In this document: piece by piece, positions 12,856 through 25,984 of the stretch
Layout of the letters: the number at the start of each line of letters is the position of its first letter
Numbering within the stretch: position 1 is the stretch's first letter
Source of the DNA: Marsupella aquatica
Taxonomy: Eukaryota > Plantae > Marchantiophyta
Direction: 5' to 3'
Assembly (NCBI GenBank): GCA_973895155.1
Contig: OZ316899.1
Location: forward strand, 10,166,287 to 10,230,286
Length of the DNA stretch: 64,000 nucleotides
Translations under genes and position numbers: made by a program
Notes under the pieces: generated by a model
Database searches by the model: none
Seen by the model: the letters and a program-made list of their open reading frames with translations, nothing else
What the model was told of the DNA's origin: nothing

Positions 12856-14678
12856 TTGGAGATGAGGCAAAAAATGTGTTTTGTTATATGTTTCCATGAT
12901 TGGAGATCACTACAACACTATCGGCCGGTTTTGCGAAGACAATCTCATCGCAACTAACAAGCCCTGATTTTCATAATTCTGGCCATTGCGAACATACGCG
13001 CATCGCACCACCTTCGCACTTTGCGAACCTAATAACTTTGCACGCGGACCATCGCAACGGCATCGCAACACCATGGCAAACTGCGAAGTTGAGAGGTTCG
13101 CAAGATTCAATACTTGTGCAATTCATTATACGTCGCATAAGGTTTGCAAACATACACGCACACGATATTTGAGAAGGATTTACCATCGCATCATATTTGC
13201 GAAAGATACTGGTTCAATTGTTTTGATGGGGATTGTATGACAAAGAGCGATACCGGTGATTTCAGAAGTTTGTGAACGGTTTCGATTAGGAAAGTGCGAT
13301 CCTAGAAGTATCACAAAAACCCGACGTATTTGGATCTGAAGTTCTGAAGTTAATTGACTCAAAAAGTGCGACGCCTTGGGGTTTATATTGTGCGATGGGA
13401 ATGAGTTCTTAAAGGGTTTGCAAAATTATGATCACAGAGGATTCAATACATTATTTGCGAGGGGTTTTCCTTGGGACCCAATGTGGAAGGCAAAATTGTT
13501 GTTTTATAAAATGGAAAAGCATGAACAAAATGACAGGGCTTCAAAGAACCCTATACATGGACAAGAGGGGGGAAATATCTGATGCTAGGTCCGCCCTTCT
13601 AAACCTATGCTGCCTCTTCCTACCCTAAGCTCCGGCATGACAAGTCACTCTCATGCATGTATCTCTACAAAATAACTAGAATGGGCTCTTGCGACTCCTC
13701 TTGGTTGGCTTCTTGGCTGGCTTCTTGCCCTTATCCTTCCGAGGATCCTGTTGGTGACGGGTGCGTGATGGCCGTCGGCGCTCCTGCTCCTGCTGCTCCT
13801 CTGGCTCCTCCTACCCCTCCTGCTCCTCCTCAGGGTCCTCCTCCTCCCCCTGGTCATCAACGTGTGCTAATGACACACGACTACCACCACTACCACGGTG
13901 GAAAGAACCTACCTCACGACTACTCCCCCCCGAGCACCACTAGTACCAGGAGTAGCCCCCTCATTGTCATCACTACTGCTCACATCAGCACTCGACCCCT
14001 TAGGCTCATCCAAATCCTGCATCCATTACATATCATTAGTTTCCGCAAGACATAAAGGGTCACTCACAATGTTTGCATGCTAATCATATGGTTCACACTT
14101 AGACACTTACAGTAGCCAACTCGGCATCTACCATCGCAAAGAGGTACTTTCGTCCATGCTCTATCGCCACCTCAATATGCTTTTTTGATATCTTCCTTTT
14201 GTACCTCCGATACTGCCATGCATAAACCAATTAAAATTGGTTAAATTTTCCCTTAAGCATACCCTATAGCCACAAGTGACGCCTAAATCCTCAACTACTA
14301 AACACGACCCCAAAAATAATAATAATTCAAATTTGCGAACCTATAAGCATGGCAACTTGCAAACCACATTTTTTGCAAAGGCGTTGCGATGGAGTTTGCG
14401 ATGCGCATTTGTTCGCAAAGGCATCGGAAAATTGAAATGGAAAAAGTCCATGATAGACTTTGCGAGGGGTTTGCAAACAAATGCGCATCGCGACACCTTC
14501 ACAAACTGTGTTCCCGAGAGTTTTTAAAAATTTGCCAAAAATTCTAAGTGTCAGAGTTGCCCTAAACTAGTAACCAAGCAAGCATGCACAACAGCAAGAA
14601 CATTAAGGGATGTCATTCACTTGCATTGCACAACTCTGAAAGGAATAGAGAGGTTAGGGAGGAGCAAGAGGCACTCAC

Positions 14679-15696
14679 AAAGTGTGACTTGAGGCCGGGG
14701 AGCCCGCCTTGACCCAACTTGTGGACTGGATTGGGGGTGGATTTCACTCATTTGGCTGCATCTGTGAAACGCTTGGGTGGCTTTCCCTCCTGGTCTTCCA
14801 CCTTCTGCATCTCAACTACCTTCTGCTCAAGTGGCTTCAGGTCATGGTCAGGGGTGAGCTTCCCGGCCTCCTTTGCTTTCAAGGCTCGATCTAGATTGCC
14901 CTTCCACTCTTCCAACTCGTGAGCTGCCTTAATTTGCACCTCAATCTTGTAAAACGAATTCCAGATGTCCTCGGTGAAGTGGAGGGGTCTGCGCAAGTTC
15001 CTGTATGATCTCAAGTCTTTCAGGTGGGCTCTAATCTTCATCCTGTCATGGTATCGCATTTGAGACATAGAATTTGAAATCTTATCTGCCAACCATTGCT
15101 CATCTATGTCAGGCCCATTGCAAAATGCATCCTTGATTTGGTTGATGACCCTCTTTCGCTCTGCCTTCTCAATCTTCCCCCACTGCATGCCTCGTGAGAA
15201 ATTGCTTGTGATGATCTACTTGATTGTGCTCTTAGCCCCTGCATACGCTAGCTCAGTTGGAGTCCCACTCGTCTCCAAGGCAATGAATGGAAGTTTTTTT
15301 CTTGCTTCCTCTTTCTGACGTTGCTCCTCCCTCTGTTTTCAAATTGAATCTCTCTCCTCTCTTCTCTTCTGCTTCTCTAGGGCTTGAGGAGAGGCAACTC
15401 CCGACTTAGTTCTTTCCTTCTTTTTTTTCTCTAGCCTTCTCTTCAGTTGCGGCCCTCTCCTCCCCCTCTCTAGTAGCTTGTCCTGCTACAATCCCAGTTT
15501 GCAAAACCTGTCCAAGAATGGCACTCAAAGAGGCAAGCCCTGCTGGAGAATTGAGATTCACTTCTCCCAATTGTGCAGCACTGAGATGTTGGGCCACTAA
15601 GTCTGCCCAGGCATTCTTCTCTTTCTCTAGATTTCCCCCATTGCCACTACCACTACCACTACCACCTTGCCCTCCACTCCCCTCACCGGTAGCCAT
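14679..15696 (-). pseudogene. CACTA-2 TnpA-like gene, divergent from SET/TnpD
   Basis: Coiled-coil N-terminus, RRPLHFTEDIWNSF, and (through a TGA) PVHKLGQGGLPG, the TnpA-type H-x-LG-x-GG motif, followed by a GTGAGT donor. Confidence 0.6.
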
Positions 15697-16189
15697 AGCT
15701 CCCCTCTCTCACAGTCTCCCTCGTACTGTCGCGTGCGCCCCGGCCCTTCTTGTCTTGCTCAAAAACTGAAATGAGCCCGAATGCGAGCTCCCGCCGATGT
15801 TTACGCCGTTTAAAAATGGGTTTGCGATGACATACGCATGGGAAACTGCGAAGCCCGCGCCCTCGCAAATAGTCTCGCAACTTGCGAGGCACTTCCGAAT
15901 CTATTCCCTTCGCAAGGCCATCGCAACCCGCAGAAGACCCAAAATATCGTTCTCGGCCTCTGTTTTTGCGAAGTAAGTGCGAAGGCCGTAGGTTCGCAAA
16001 AAGATTCTCTAACTTGTGAAATAATTTGCGAGGCAGGCCTTATTGGTTTAGGGTTGGAAAACACTTTGGGGTGTCAAACGGCTATTAAGGTTTGTCAAAT
16101 GACATTTAAGGTATGTTAAGTGCCCATAAGTTAACATGGAAGGGGTGTCAATGGATGTTTGGGTTGTAAGGATAACTAGAATATAAGTT

Positions 16190-16825
16190 AACAAAGGTTT
16201 GGGTTTAATTAAAGGTTAGGTTTATATTTGGTGTTAATCTAGGAGTATTTGGTTTAATTAAGGGGGTTAAAACTTGGGTTAGGTTGGAATAAAAGGGTTG
16301 GGTTTAAATTAATGGGTTTGACTTAGGGTTCAAGGTAGAGGTTTGCATTAGGTTGTGAGTAATTACAGGGGTTGGGTTTGGTTTTAGTTGAGGGGTTGAA
16401 TTGTGGTTGTTTTTTAAAGGGATTGGGTTTGGTTTTTAGTTGGGGGGTTTAATTGTGGTTTTTTTTAAGGGGTTGGGTTTCTAATGTAAGTGTTTGGGTT
16501 GGGGTGTAACATGATATAGGGTTGGATTTGGTTCTAATTGAGGGGGTACAATTTTTGCTTAAGTTTTTAAAAAGGGCCTCAATTTAGGGGTTAGGGTGAA
16601 GTTTAGAATAACTATAGGGGTGGGGGTTGGCCTATATAGGTAAAGTAAGGTGTAGATAGGGTAAGGGTTTTATATGTAATTGGGGGATTTGGGTTGGGTT
16701 TAGGGTAAAGGTTTGAATTTTTAATGAGGGATTTGGGTATTGGTTAGGATAAGGGTAAGGGATTTGGGTTAGGTTTTAATGAAGGTTTCATTTCATGGTT
16801 TGGGTTTAGGGTAGGGTTTGGGTTA
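16190..16825 (+). repeat. Degenerate telomere-like (TTTAGGG/GGGTT) G+T-skewed tract
   Basis: Dense GGGTT, TTAGGG and GGGTTTAGGG words with very few C on the + strand. Lies between the divergent genes of CACTA-2. Confidence 0.75.
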
Positions 16826-17259
16826 CTTATATTTCTTTCTCTATCTCATTAACATGGAGTGGAAAACTCTTTGGCGTTGTAGGGCACTTCCCCATGTTTT
16901 TTAAAGTTTTGGCTAATGCATGATAATGCCTTGCGAGAGCCCGGGCATCTGAAAGGTATAACGTTTTCTCATGCATTTCTAGTCATTGTTGTAAATATGG
17001 AGGGTTACAATCTATCATCCTTTTTTTCTGGTTCACCATAAGGCATGGCTTAATTCATTGTATATTGGCAGATTTTCCCCTCCTTCTTCCAGATTTGGTT
17101 CATGAAATTTGAGCCACAAGATCCGTCAAGGCATTGCTAAGCCCGGGTCTCATAAAGGTATTTTTCTGTCAATTCTTTTTAATATGTTTAGGTAGGGATT
17201 ATCAATGATGGTTTTGGTGAAGTTTTTACTAATCGCCTTCCAATTGCTATACTTGTCAG

Positions 17260-18420
17260 ATGTCTTCATCCTCTACAACTTCCACCACATCAGATTCCTC
17301 TTCCGATGAAGAAAGTCGTCCTCCTCCTCAGCCTGAACCAACCATACGTCGACCTAGTGGTCCACCACGCCAACTTTGTGGTTGTAAAAAATGTGTGGGG
17401 ATGTTTGTCCAAAAGTCATATGTATGTGCGGAGCACATTGCTCGATATGGCCAACATCGAGGTCTTACACCGGGAGCTTCTTCATCCCGTATGGTGAGTT
17501 GTAAACTTACTGTGATTTCCATTTTATTTTGTAAATCTTGCTAGGTAGCATAAAATAAATTTTGGGAGGTTCATCACACTCACTTGGTTCCATTTCTTCC
17601 TATAGGTATCCAGTAGGCCTACACCCACTACACCAACACCCTATGTTCCCTCACAAGGAGTTCTAGATGCTATAGGCTCGGCACTTTCACAAGCTTTTCG
17701 TTTAGTGGTAGCAGGGCAAGGTAGTGTTGGGACAATTCAGGGTGACGGTATTGTTACAAGAGGGAAAAAAAAGTCAAAAAGACAGCCTAGAGGGGAAGTG
17801 GATCAGTACACTTGTAGGGTTGACGGTAGATGGGGCCCTTGTACCTTCACAGGGAAGTGTGTTCCTATCATAAAGGATTGGAATCCGGAGTGCCTTGGTT
17901 TGCCATGTGATATAACCTATGGTGAGGAGATAGAAGTTTGGGGAAGACGTTGGGTTGTCAAGAGTTCGACCCTAGGGGAGAGGCATGGGTATGGGATTTT
18001 CTCTTGTCAGGACATTATTGTGGATGATATGGGTGGAAAAGGGCGCTCTTCGGATGGACCAACGTTGTTCCCGTATGGTGGACCCATTTACAAGAGGAGA
18101 CATTGGAACATGATCCTTGTTCAACACCCTGAGTGGAAGACTTATGCATTGGACATGGATACTTTTGATGGTTGCACCAGAAAGTATTGTGACCAACATA
18201 TAATTGATGGTGATCCCATCCGTAGTGGGAATATTGTCGGTTTCATCAACAGTACTGTGGGGACCCGGCCTAAGCGTAGGAAAAACTGTGAATGGGTTTT
18301 GTTGATGGTCCCCCTCCAGCCCCTTATGGGCAGAGATATCATCATGACCATTGTCTAGTTGTAGCTAATAGGACCATTCTGGCTGGAGAGAAGTTGTTTA
18401 CACATTATGAATGGGATTAG
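17260..18420 (+). pseudogene. Zn-knuckle + SET-domain protein (exons 17260-17493 and 17606-18420; 1-nt frameshift near 18299)
   Basis: Exon 1 CGCKKC...EHIARYG; in-frame phase-0 GTGAGT..TAG intron. SET motifs: STLGERHGYGIF, LFPYGG, IDGDP..GNIVGFINS, VVANRTILAGEKLFTHY. Confidence 0.82.
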
Positions 18421-18570
18421 GATTACTTTAGGGACATGTATTATACGTTCATCGTATGTGAATGTATGTTTTGTAATGACATGTTCTTTTTATATTATTA
18501 ATAATATGTTTCGAGCACTATTATATTTGGAGTTAATTTCATTGTGAATGCTTTATTGTATTGTCTATAG

Positions 18571-21500
18571 AATGTGCGGCCTAGTCAAGATATGTTGCCA
18601 AGGAGGTTGAGAGCTACATATCAAGAAATGGGCTTGCCACAAGACGGGGAAACATCATCAGCAGATTCCTCATCAAGTGACAATGATAATGACAGTCCAG
18701 ATGAAGGGGCACCTCGGACAGATTATGAGGTCATGCAAGACCAAGAGTCAGCCATGGATGACTTCATGACAGATTGGTTTGGTGTAGACATTGGTGGTGA
18801 AGGAGGTGTCCCACCCAATGAAGGAGATCCTCCACCAAATGTTGCACATGATCCAAGGCCTCAATGTACACCTGAAGGACAAAAACAATGGGAAGAAGCT
18901 GAGGCACATGCTAGAACACCTATTTATGGGGGTGCTCGTTTGAATAGACTATCTGCCATCTTGGCATTGATGAATCTTCAGGCAAAACACAAGGCAAGCA
19001 ATGCGCTACTATCGGATTTGTTTGCAATTTGCCATGATCTCTTGTTACCCAGTGAAAATGTGTTGCCAGGAACTTGGAAGGAGGCAAAGAGGGTTCTATC
19101 ATCCATTGGCATGGAATACCATATCATTCATGCTTGTGTGAATGACTGCATTCTCTATCATGAGACCAATGCTAGCGCAACTGAGTGTCCAATTTTTCAA
19201 GAGCCTCGATATGAAACCAACATGTTGACCTCAAAGGTGCCTAGAAAAGTTGTTCATTGGTTTCCTATTATTCCTCGATTGTTGCACATGTACCAATGTT
19301 CTGACTTGGCAGAATTGAAGGTATGGCATAAGACACATCGATCAGAGGCCGGTGTCATGCGGTTGCCAGTTGATTCCCCTGCTCACAAGCATGTGGAGTC
19401 ACAATGGCCAGAGTTTGCACATGACCCTCGTCATGTGAGGTTGGGGTTGGCATCAGATGGGGTGAGCCCACACTCCCTTGGAGGGAAAGGGCGCCCTACT
19501 TCGGTTTGGCCGGTGGTTGTTATGAATTACAACCTTCCCCCATGGTTGTCCATGAAAAAGGGATTCTTATTGCTATCATTGATTATCCCAGGTCCATCTA
19601 AGGTAAAAAACATGGACACCTACTTGGCGCTCTTGGTTGGGGAACTCCATAAATTATGGGGGGGTGTATGGGCATATGATGGTCGGACAACTACAAGAGG
19701 GTTACTACTTGTCTTCCAATTGAAGGGAATCATTTTGTGGACCATGCATGACTATCCAGGTGAATGGTATGGATTTGTATTTTTTTCATGTATTGGAGAT
19801 CAAGTTTGTTTGGAAGGAAGTCCCTCTTTAATTCTATGTACATGAACTTTTCAATTCCTTTGACTCTAATTGAGAATGTTATTTTGTGAGCAGGGTTTGG
19901 GTTTGTTTCTGGGTTCCAAACTCAAGGGTACAAGACATGCTCCACTTGTGGTCCAAGCCTTCACGATATGGCCAAGTACTCAAAATGGCTGCACAAGATA
20001 ATCTACCTTGGTCATACCAAGTTTCTTCCACTTGGGCATCACATGAGGTCTGACCCCCTTTTGTTTTCAGACTTTGACATGATCAATGGTGATGAGCGTG
20101 AGATACCTGACCGCACAACATTTTTGTATTGGAAATCCATAGCTGATAGGGTGGCAGACCCTGAAGATGCCATGGGATTTGATGGTAGTGGATTGACAAG
20201 GTGGAGTATACTGGCCACTTTGCCCTATTGGCCTGAGTTGAAGATTCATCACTTGTTAGACCCCATGCATATAGAGGAAAATGTTGGGAAGGCTTTGATC
20301 AAGCACTTTTATGGGGAAAAGAACATTAATTTTAGGGAGGCATGCCAGGATCTAGAACGACATCTAGATGTATGGATAACAGTTGATGAATCCACAGGGA
20401 TGGAACATTGTCCTTCAGCTCCATGGGTTTTGAGTGTTGGTGAAAGAAGAGAGTTTCGACAACGCATAGGGCAGATGCGGTTTCCTACAGGCTATGGTGC
20501 CAATCTACGTAAGGCTTTTGGGATGGAGGACAGTCATAAATGGCCAATATATCTCAAGACACATGACTATCATCGTTTACTACAACATATACTTCCTATG
20601 GCAATCATAGGTTTGGGGAGTGAAGAAGTGCAAGACGCCCTTTGGTCACTGGGCACTTTGTTGAGATGGATATGCTCAAAGGAAATATATGAAGAAGAGA
20701 TACCATGGATGGAGGTATTGGCAGCAGAGGTGGTATGCAAGTTGGAGAAGGCCATCCCTCCTTCCTTCTTTGATTGTCAGGTGCATCTTCTCGTTCATCT
20801 TGTGAGGGAGGTTGCCATTGCCGGTCCGGTGCATTGTAGGTGGATGTATTGGCTGGAAAGGTATATGGCCGTGTTAAAGGCTTATGTACGGAACCGTGCA
20901 CGAGTGGAGGGGAGCATGGCAACTGGATACTTGGCAGCTGAGAGTATGTTTTATTGTAGTAACATCTTAGCTACCATTGATCCTAGTTGTCCACGCACTT
21001 GGATGGAAGAGAGGGAAGTGGAGGAGGACCGTTTAACAGGTGCAAAAAAAACACGCTTACTAACCGCAGTGGAGTTGACACAGGTTAGTACTTTCATGTT
21101 GAGTAACAGCAATGTGATGGAAGATTGGAGAGAGTTTATGAGGACGCAAAGAGGGAGAGTCGTCGCCCAAGGATCTTTCCAAAGTTCCTTGAGTATATGA
21201 AGGAGAAAGTACTTCAGTTGGATGCTATGGTGGCCCAAGGTGAGAATGTATCACATTTTCCAGATATGACTCCTGAGGTTCGAACAATTGTTTGTGGTCC
21301 TTTAAGACTTGTTCAGACCAGAACAACAATGTGGACACAAGGGAGGCATTTCAGCATTTCTGACCTTGATGAGAAGAGGGGAAGAACTTTTGATTGTGGA
21401 GTTCAAGGGCAGTTCATGCAAGATTCACAAAGTAGCCATCATGACACTAATGTGATCAGAGATGTGGTGCCTCACTATGGGAAGATTGAGGAGATCTTGA

Positions 21501-21838
21501 TCATATCCTATGATGCCGATTCCAAATTTGAAGAGTATGTCTTCAAGTGTAAGTGGTTCAAAATTCACCTGGTTGGTGATAATCGCACGGTACTTCTTGA
21601 TGAGTGTGGGTTTACTCGACTGAAGACATCAGCAACTAGCTTTCAACCATCTCATTGGCAAACATCTGAACCATTTACATTCCCAAGTCACCTTGAGCAG
21701 TGTTTCTATATTCCGTACCCACCAGACCCAGAGTGGTCAGTTGTTATACCGTATGTGCCACGGTCCCGTTCCATTATCTCGGAAAAACCTGACGTTATTA
21801 TTGTGTCAAATGGAGGAGAGGATGAGGACCAGGTTTGA
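18571..21838 (+). pseudogene. CACTA-2 TnpD-like transposase (Transposase_21, DUF4218, DUF4216); intron ~19760-19893; frameshift near 21130
   Basis: IHACVNDCILY; WFPIIPRL; PRHVRLGLASDGVSP; YNLPPW; WTMHDYP; LDPMHIEEN; LKTHDYH; PPSFFDCQVHLLVHL; WMYWLERYM; EPFTFPSH. Confidence 0.93.
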
Positions 21839-22637
21839 TGCACTAGCAGTAAAACTTGTTGTGGGCCCAGAATTTGACCCTAAACTAACTATCATGGTTT
21901 TATTTATATTAACATATTAATTTTCTTATTTTGTTTTACAAACACTTAATTGGACTTTGAAATTTCATCTCACTGTTATATATGCAACCCTAGCCGTTTC
22001 CAAAAGCTATCCTCATGCATGCCACCTTTTTGAAAACCCTAGCTGTAACCTAAACACATGCATTCTCCATCTTGTAAAGAAACTCTCTCAAACATTTCCA
22101 TTCTACAAACTTTTCAAACAACTCTCTTTGCAAAACATTTTCAAGCTTGTCAAGAAGCAACTTCTGAACACTTTGTGAATAACACACCATCGGTAATTGT
22201 GATGCCAATGGGTTCTCAACTTTGCGAATCAACTGGCTTCGGTAACTTGCGACTATTTATACTTCACAATATTGTGCGAAGCTAATAGGTTCACAAGATA
22301 TATTTGAGTACATTATTATCGCTAAATTATGAAACAAAAGAGATCCAAATGCAGTCACAATGGTCGCGGATCCACAAATACTTTGCGAGACGAATAGTAT
22401 CTGAAAGAGTTGCAAATTCAATCCGATCTCAAACAAATTGCAAGGTAATTAGCTTCGCAACACTATGTTGCGAACCTTTGAGCATGGTTTATTGTGATGC
22501 GTGTTTGATCACAAATATCTGAAGTCGATGACATCGCAAGACCATCCCGACGTAAAAAAAAAGCTTTGCAAAAGGGGCCAATATGTAGTAGTGGATAAGG
22601 CAAAAATGCTGATAGGCTGTTGACTTGCTATTTTGTT

Positions 22638-23217
22638 ATGGCAGAGGTTACCAATGTATTGAATACCCCCAGTTTGGATCCATATGAAGAGTTCATAGAA
22701 GTTGCCAAAGCCGGTGAGAATGGATGCAAAACGGAGGGCCAAGTGGAGACCCAAATTCCATAGGGCCAGGTGGAGACCCAAATTCCATCACAGGCAGGTG
22801 ACATACAGGGTATGACCACAGACGGTGGAGTAGAATAGAGCTTTCAGCTGCTGGGAGACCTATTTGGAAGGTGAAGAGTCAGGCCAGGGCAAGTGGTAGA
22901 GTGGCAGCGGCAAAGAAGCGTAAAGTTGATGCAGAATTGAAAACTTTGGCACATCCTGAGTATGTATTGTTCTCACCACAGCAAAATGAGTTGTGTGTAG
23001 GGTATGGAAAATTCCTGAGCAGATTACATTCCATTGCAAAGAAGTACCAACAGGGTATTATGTAGTGTTGTTGACAAAGCTTGTGAAGCCAAAGACTGCT
23101 TCACCAGTTCCTAATTTGAATGATGACCCACCCCAGACAATTATTGCAGATGCTCTGAACTCTTTGGTGTTGTGGCCAACAGATTACATAGGGACACCTG
23201 AAATGTGTGGTTTGTAG
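22638..23217 (+). pseudogene. CACTA-1 TnpA-like gene, 3' exon (Tnp1/En/Spm C-terminal domain)
   Basis: VGYGK...FHCKEVPTGYYVV...PVPNLNDDPPQTIIADALNSLVLWP, a typical TnpA C-terminus. Continues the gene split by CACTA-2. Confidence 0.7.
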
Positions 23218-24355
23218 TTTTAGCCTAAACTTACAAACAACTGCATGATTGGTGCCAAATGGTACCGAGATATTTCATAATGCAGAGTTGAATTGAGATT
23301 CACTGGATCATCCACTGATCATGTTGTGACAACTTTGTTTGTATGAAATTATGCATTTGTGTTCAATAGTTAATATGAGTTCTAAGATTCGAATAGAACT
23401 ATGTTGTCTCTCATGTTTTCATGTAAGACTTGTGTACTTGTATGCTTGAGTGCTTGAATGTATGCTTGTATGCTTGAGTTGACTATTAGTCATGGTTCTA
23501 GTGCTATGTGCAGGCTGCAATTGCCTCAGGTTGAGTCAAAATTTTGACCAAAAGGGTCAAAGAATGCAATCGTGAACTAGACTAATGAGTCATTTTGGGT
23601 CATTAAGATATGACCGTCATATATTACATCGTGGTCCCCAATAAGACCAACCAGTCTAGCCCAATCTTAAGATTTTTAAGAATGATTAGTCATCTGTAGT
23701 CATCATCGGTCACTAATGTGCCCATATACTCTAAACTTTTAAGACCAACTAGTCATAATCAGTCGCCTGTGTTCCGATATTCAACCATAGCACCAGTCAT
23801 ATATGTGAAAGGCTACTCTTCCTCACTGACTGTTTGTGACTAATTCATACCTTGTTTTGAGTCATACAAATGACTACTTTGCAGTCATTTGTAAGACTAC
23901 ACCTTCTCCAAATCCCAAAATGCCCAAGTACGGATTTGGTCATTATTAGTCACAAAATGTGTCTTAAACCCTAGTCACATAGCTGACCACTCGATTTCAG
24001 TCACTTTAAATAAGACGCTATGTCAAAATTACGACTGGCTTGATACCCCCCAAACTTTAGTCACAAGGAGTCATGGGCAGTCGTAAAACTTAGTCATAAA
24101 ACACCCCGGTTTCTACTAGTGTTGTCATTGAAATGTAATGTGGCTTGAGCGTGGAAGGCACGGGCTGATGTAGTCATCATGGATGGGTGCAATGTAGGAG
24201 TAATATTGGCACCATCCTACATATATAAGTAAGCAATTTCCAATGCAAAATCATAATTAGACAAAGAGTTCCATGAAGGGTGCAATGAAGCTCAAATAAT
24301 GATATGTGCAAGGAATGTCATGTATTGAATAGGTGATGTACATATAAAGTTGTGA

Positions 24356-25984
24356 TCAATGCCAATCATAATCTTCAAAAATCTCATCTCCTGCTCTAAT
24401 GGTGCGGGTGGCATGCATCAAGACATAATGTGTGCATGCCATGGGCAAACGTGGGTGACACGCATCATGGTACTCGTGCCACTCAGCGTTTGGCCTAAAC
24501 CCTAAACGCCGACACCCAACAGTGCTATTGATGTAGCCCGCCAAGTTTCCCATGCGAGGTGGATAACCATCCATCTGAGAATACCTAGGGTCCATCTTCA
24601 GTGACATGCCATATCAACCAAAGGTCGGACACTATCGGGACAAGATCTGCCATCTCTGGGCCGAATACTTCAGTCCATAGAATGGGAACAACTGAGGTAA
24701 ATTGTCAGGGGCACACCCACGAGGGACCACTATATCCACAAGTGCAGAAACGCCAACGTCAAGTCCCAATGTGGATGGGAGGAGGGCCCATGGCCGACCC
24801 CAGACTATGATAGGTTCCCTGACTAGAAGGTCGTCGAGGAGTCCAAACTGGGCAGGGAAGGAGTCCTTTATGATATCCAAGGCTCTCCCTCGCAACTGTC
24901 TTACGACTCTCAAAGAAGGTGCATCAAGAAAAGGACAATGTGGCGGCACTATCCTAGGTGGACAAGACTCCATCGACCTCAGTCTAGTGGTCACCACTAC
25001 TCCCCTCTCAATAGGGTGCACTTGCACCACTCTCCCATCAAAAACACGGTCTATAGCCCTCAATGTGGCAGACAATGCTGATGGAGGCACTAGAGGGGTG
25101 ATTGCACGCCTTGCAATCTCTCTCATGCTGTCACCCTAAACCCTAAACCCTAAACCCTAAATCTTCCACGGCCGAAGGCACTACAATAGGAATCTGTCCA
25201 CATGTGACCAACAGGACAACTTCAGAATTTGCGTATGAAAGCATGAACAATTGCAGCCTAGACAACTTCTGGTTAGGTAAAAAATGAAAGCAACTAAATA
25301 ATTGAAATGTTTAAACCTTATATTTACCTCTTTGTGTGGGCGGTATATAATGATCATGGATCCCTAAATGGCTAAGGACAGTGGTCCTCTCGTGAGATAC
25401 AACGCCCTTGCACCGCCTACATGGGCAAGGCATCTTACGGATAGGTCCAATCCCCTGAATGGCAGCCATAGCGTCTCCAAATCCCTCCTCAGTCGTGGAT
25501 GGGTCGTGATACTGGTGTGAGGGACTCAAGGATCTAGTATCTCTCCTTCTGTCCCGCCAATGTCTGCGTTGGTGATGCCTGGACCAATGGCGCCTAGATG
25601 GTGAGTCATCCCTCCTCTCCCATGACTCATCGCTGAGGGGATCAGCCCTCCTCCTGCCCCGAGAGTGATCCCTCCTCTCCTGGGAGTCATGGCTCGTCAT
25701 CCTTGGGGCACATCCCTCCTCCCTGGCGACTCATCCCTCCTCCTCCTTCGTCGTGACCCATCCCTCCTCCTATCCCTGGATCCATGGCTCCTCCTCTCTT
25801 GGGACTCATCGCTAGTCCCCCCCCATGACTGATCTCTCCTCCTCCCCAACGACTCATCCCTCTCCCTACTATGATGACCATGTCTGCGTTGGTGACAAGT
25901 ACCTCCATCACGATGGTCATAGTATGATGAGGAAGACCCATATGTTGCCATATGGCCTGCAACAACATACATGCCAGATACCAA
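24356..25984 (-). pseudogene. Second RS/RD-rich + Zn-knuckle + SET-domain gene
   Basis: MPCPCRRCKG...VLSHLGIH exon. SET exon WGRPWALLPSTLGLDVGV, LFPFYG, MDGYPPRMGNLAGYINSTVG, HATRTIRAGDEIFEDY. Two in-frame stops between 24608 and 24634. Confidence 0.8.
25134..25161 (+). repeat. (CCCTAAA)4 plant telomeric repeat
   Basis: Four perfect copies directly upstream of the SET exon on the minus strand. Confidence 0.95.

Larger units (their letters stand above)
12908..22593 (+). mobile_element. Complete CACTA transposon 2 (9,686 bp) nested in the CACTA-1 TnpA gene
   Basis: Left end CACTACAACACTATCGGCCGGTTTTGCGAAG; right end reverse complement CACTACTACATATTGGCCCCTTTTGCAAAG. 3-bp TSD GAT at 12905-12907 and 22594-22596. 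TTGCGA/TCGCAA subterminal repeats at both ends. Confidence 0.92.
2551..24121 (+). mobile_element. CACTA (En/Spm) transposon 1; left end outside window; contains nested CACTA-2
   Basis: Right terminus ...GGTTTCTACTAGTG at 24121 (reverse complement CACTAGTAGAAA). AGTCA/TGACT subterminal repeats at 23560-24110. TnpD-like gene, plus a TnpA-like gene that resumes after the CACTA-2 insertion. Confidence 0.8.

Noticed and set aside
13651-14055. Proline-rich or arginine-rich ORFs as independent genes
   Set aside because: They arise from CCT/GCT low-complexity sequence; at most a downstream exon of the TnpA-like gene.
17260-18420. SET gene as an ordinary host gene between TEs
   Set aside because: It lies inside the TIR- and TSD-delimited CACTA-2 and has a positional counterpart in CACTA-3.
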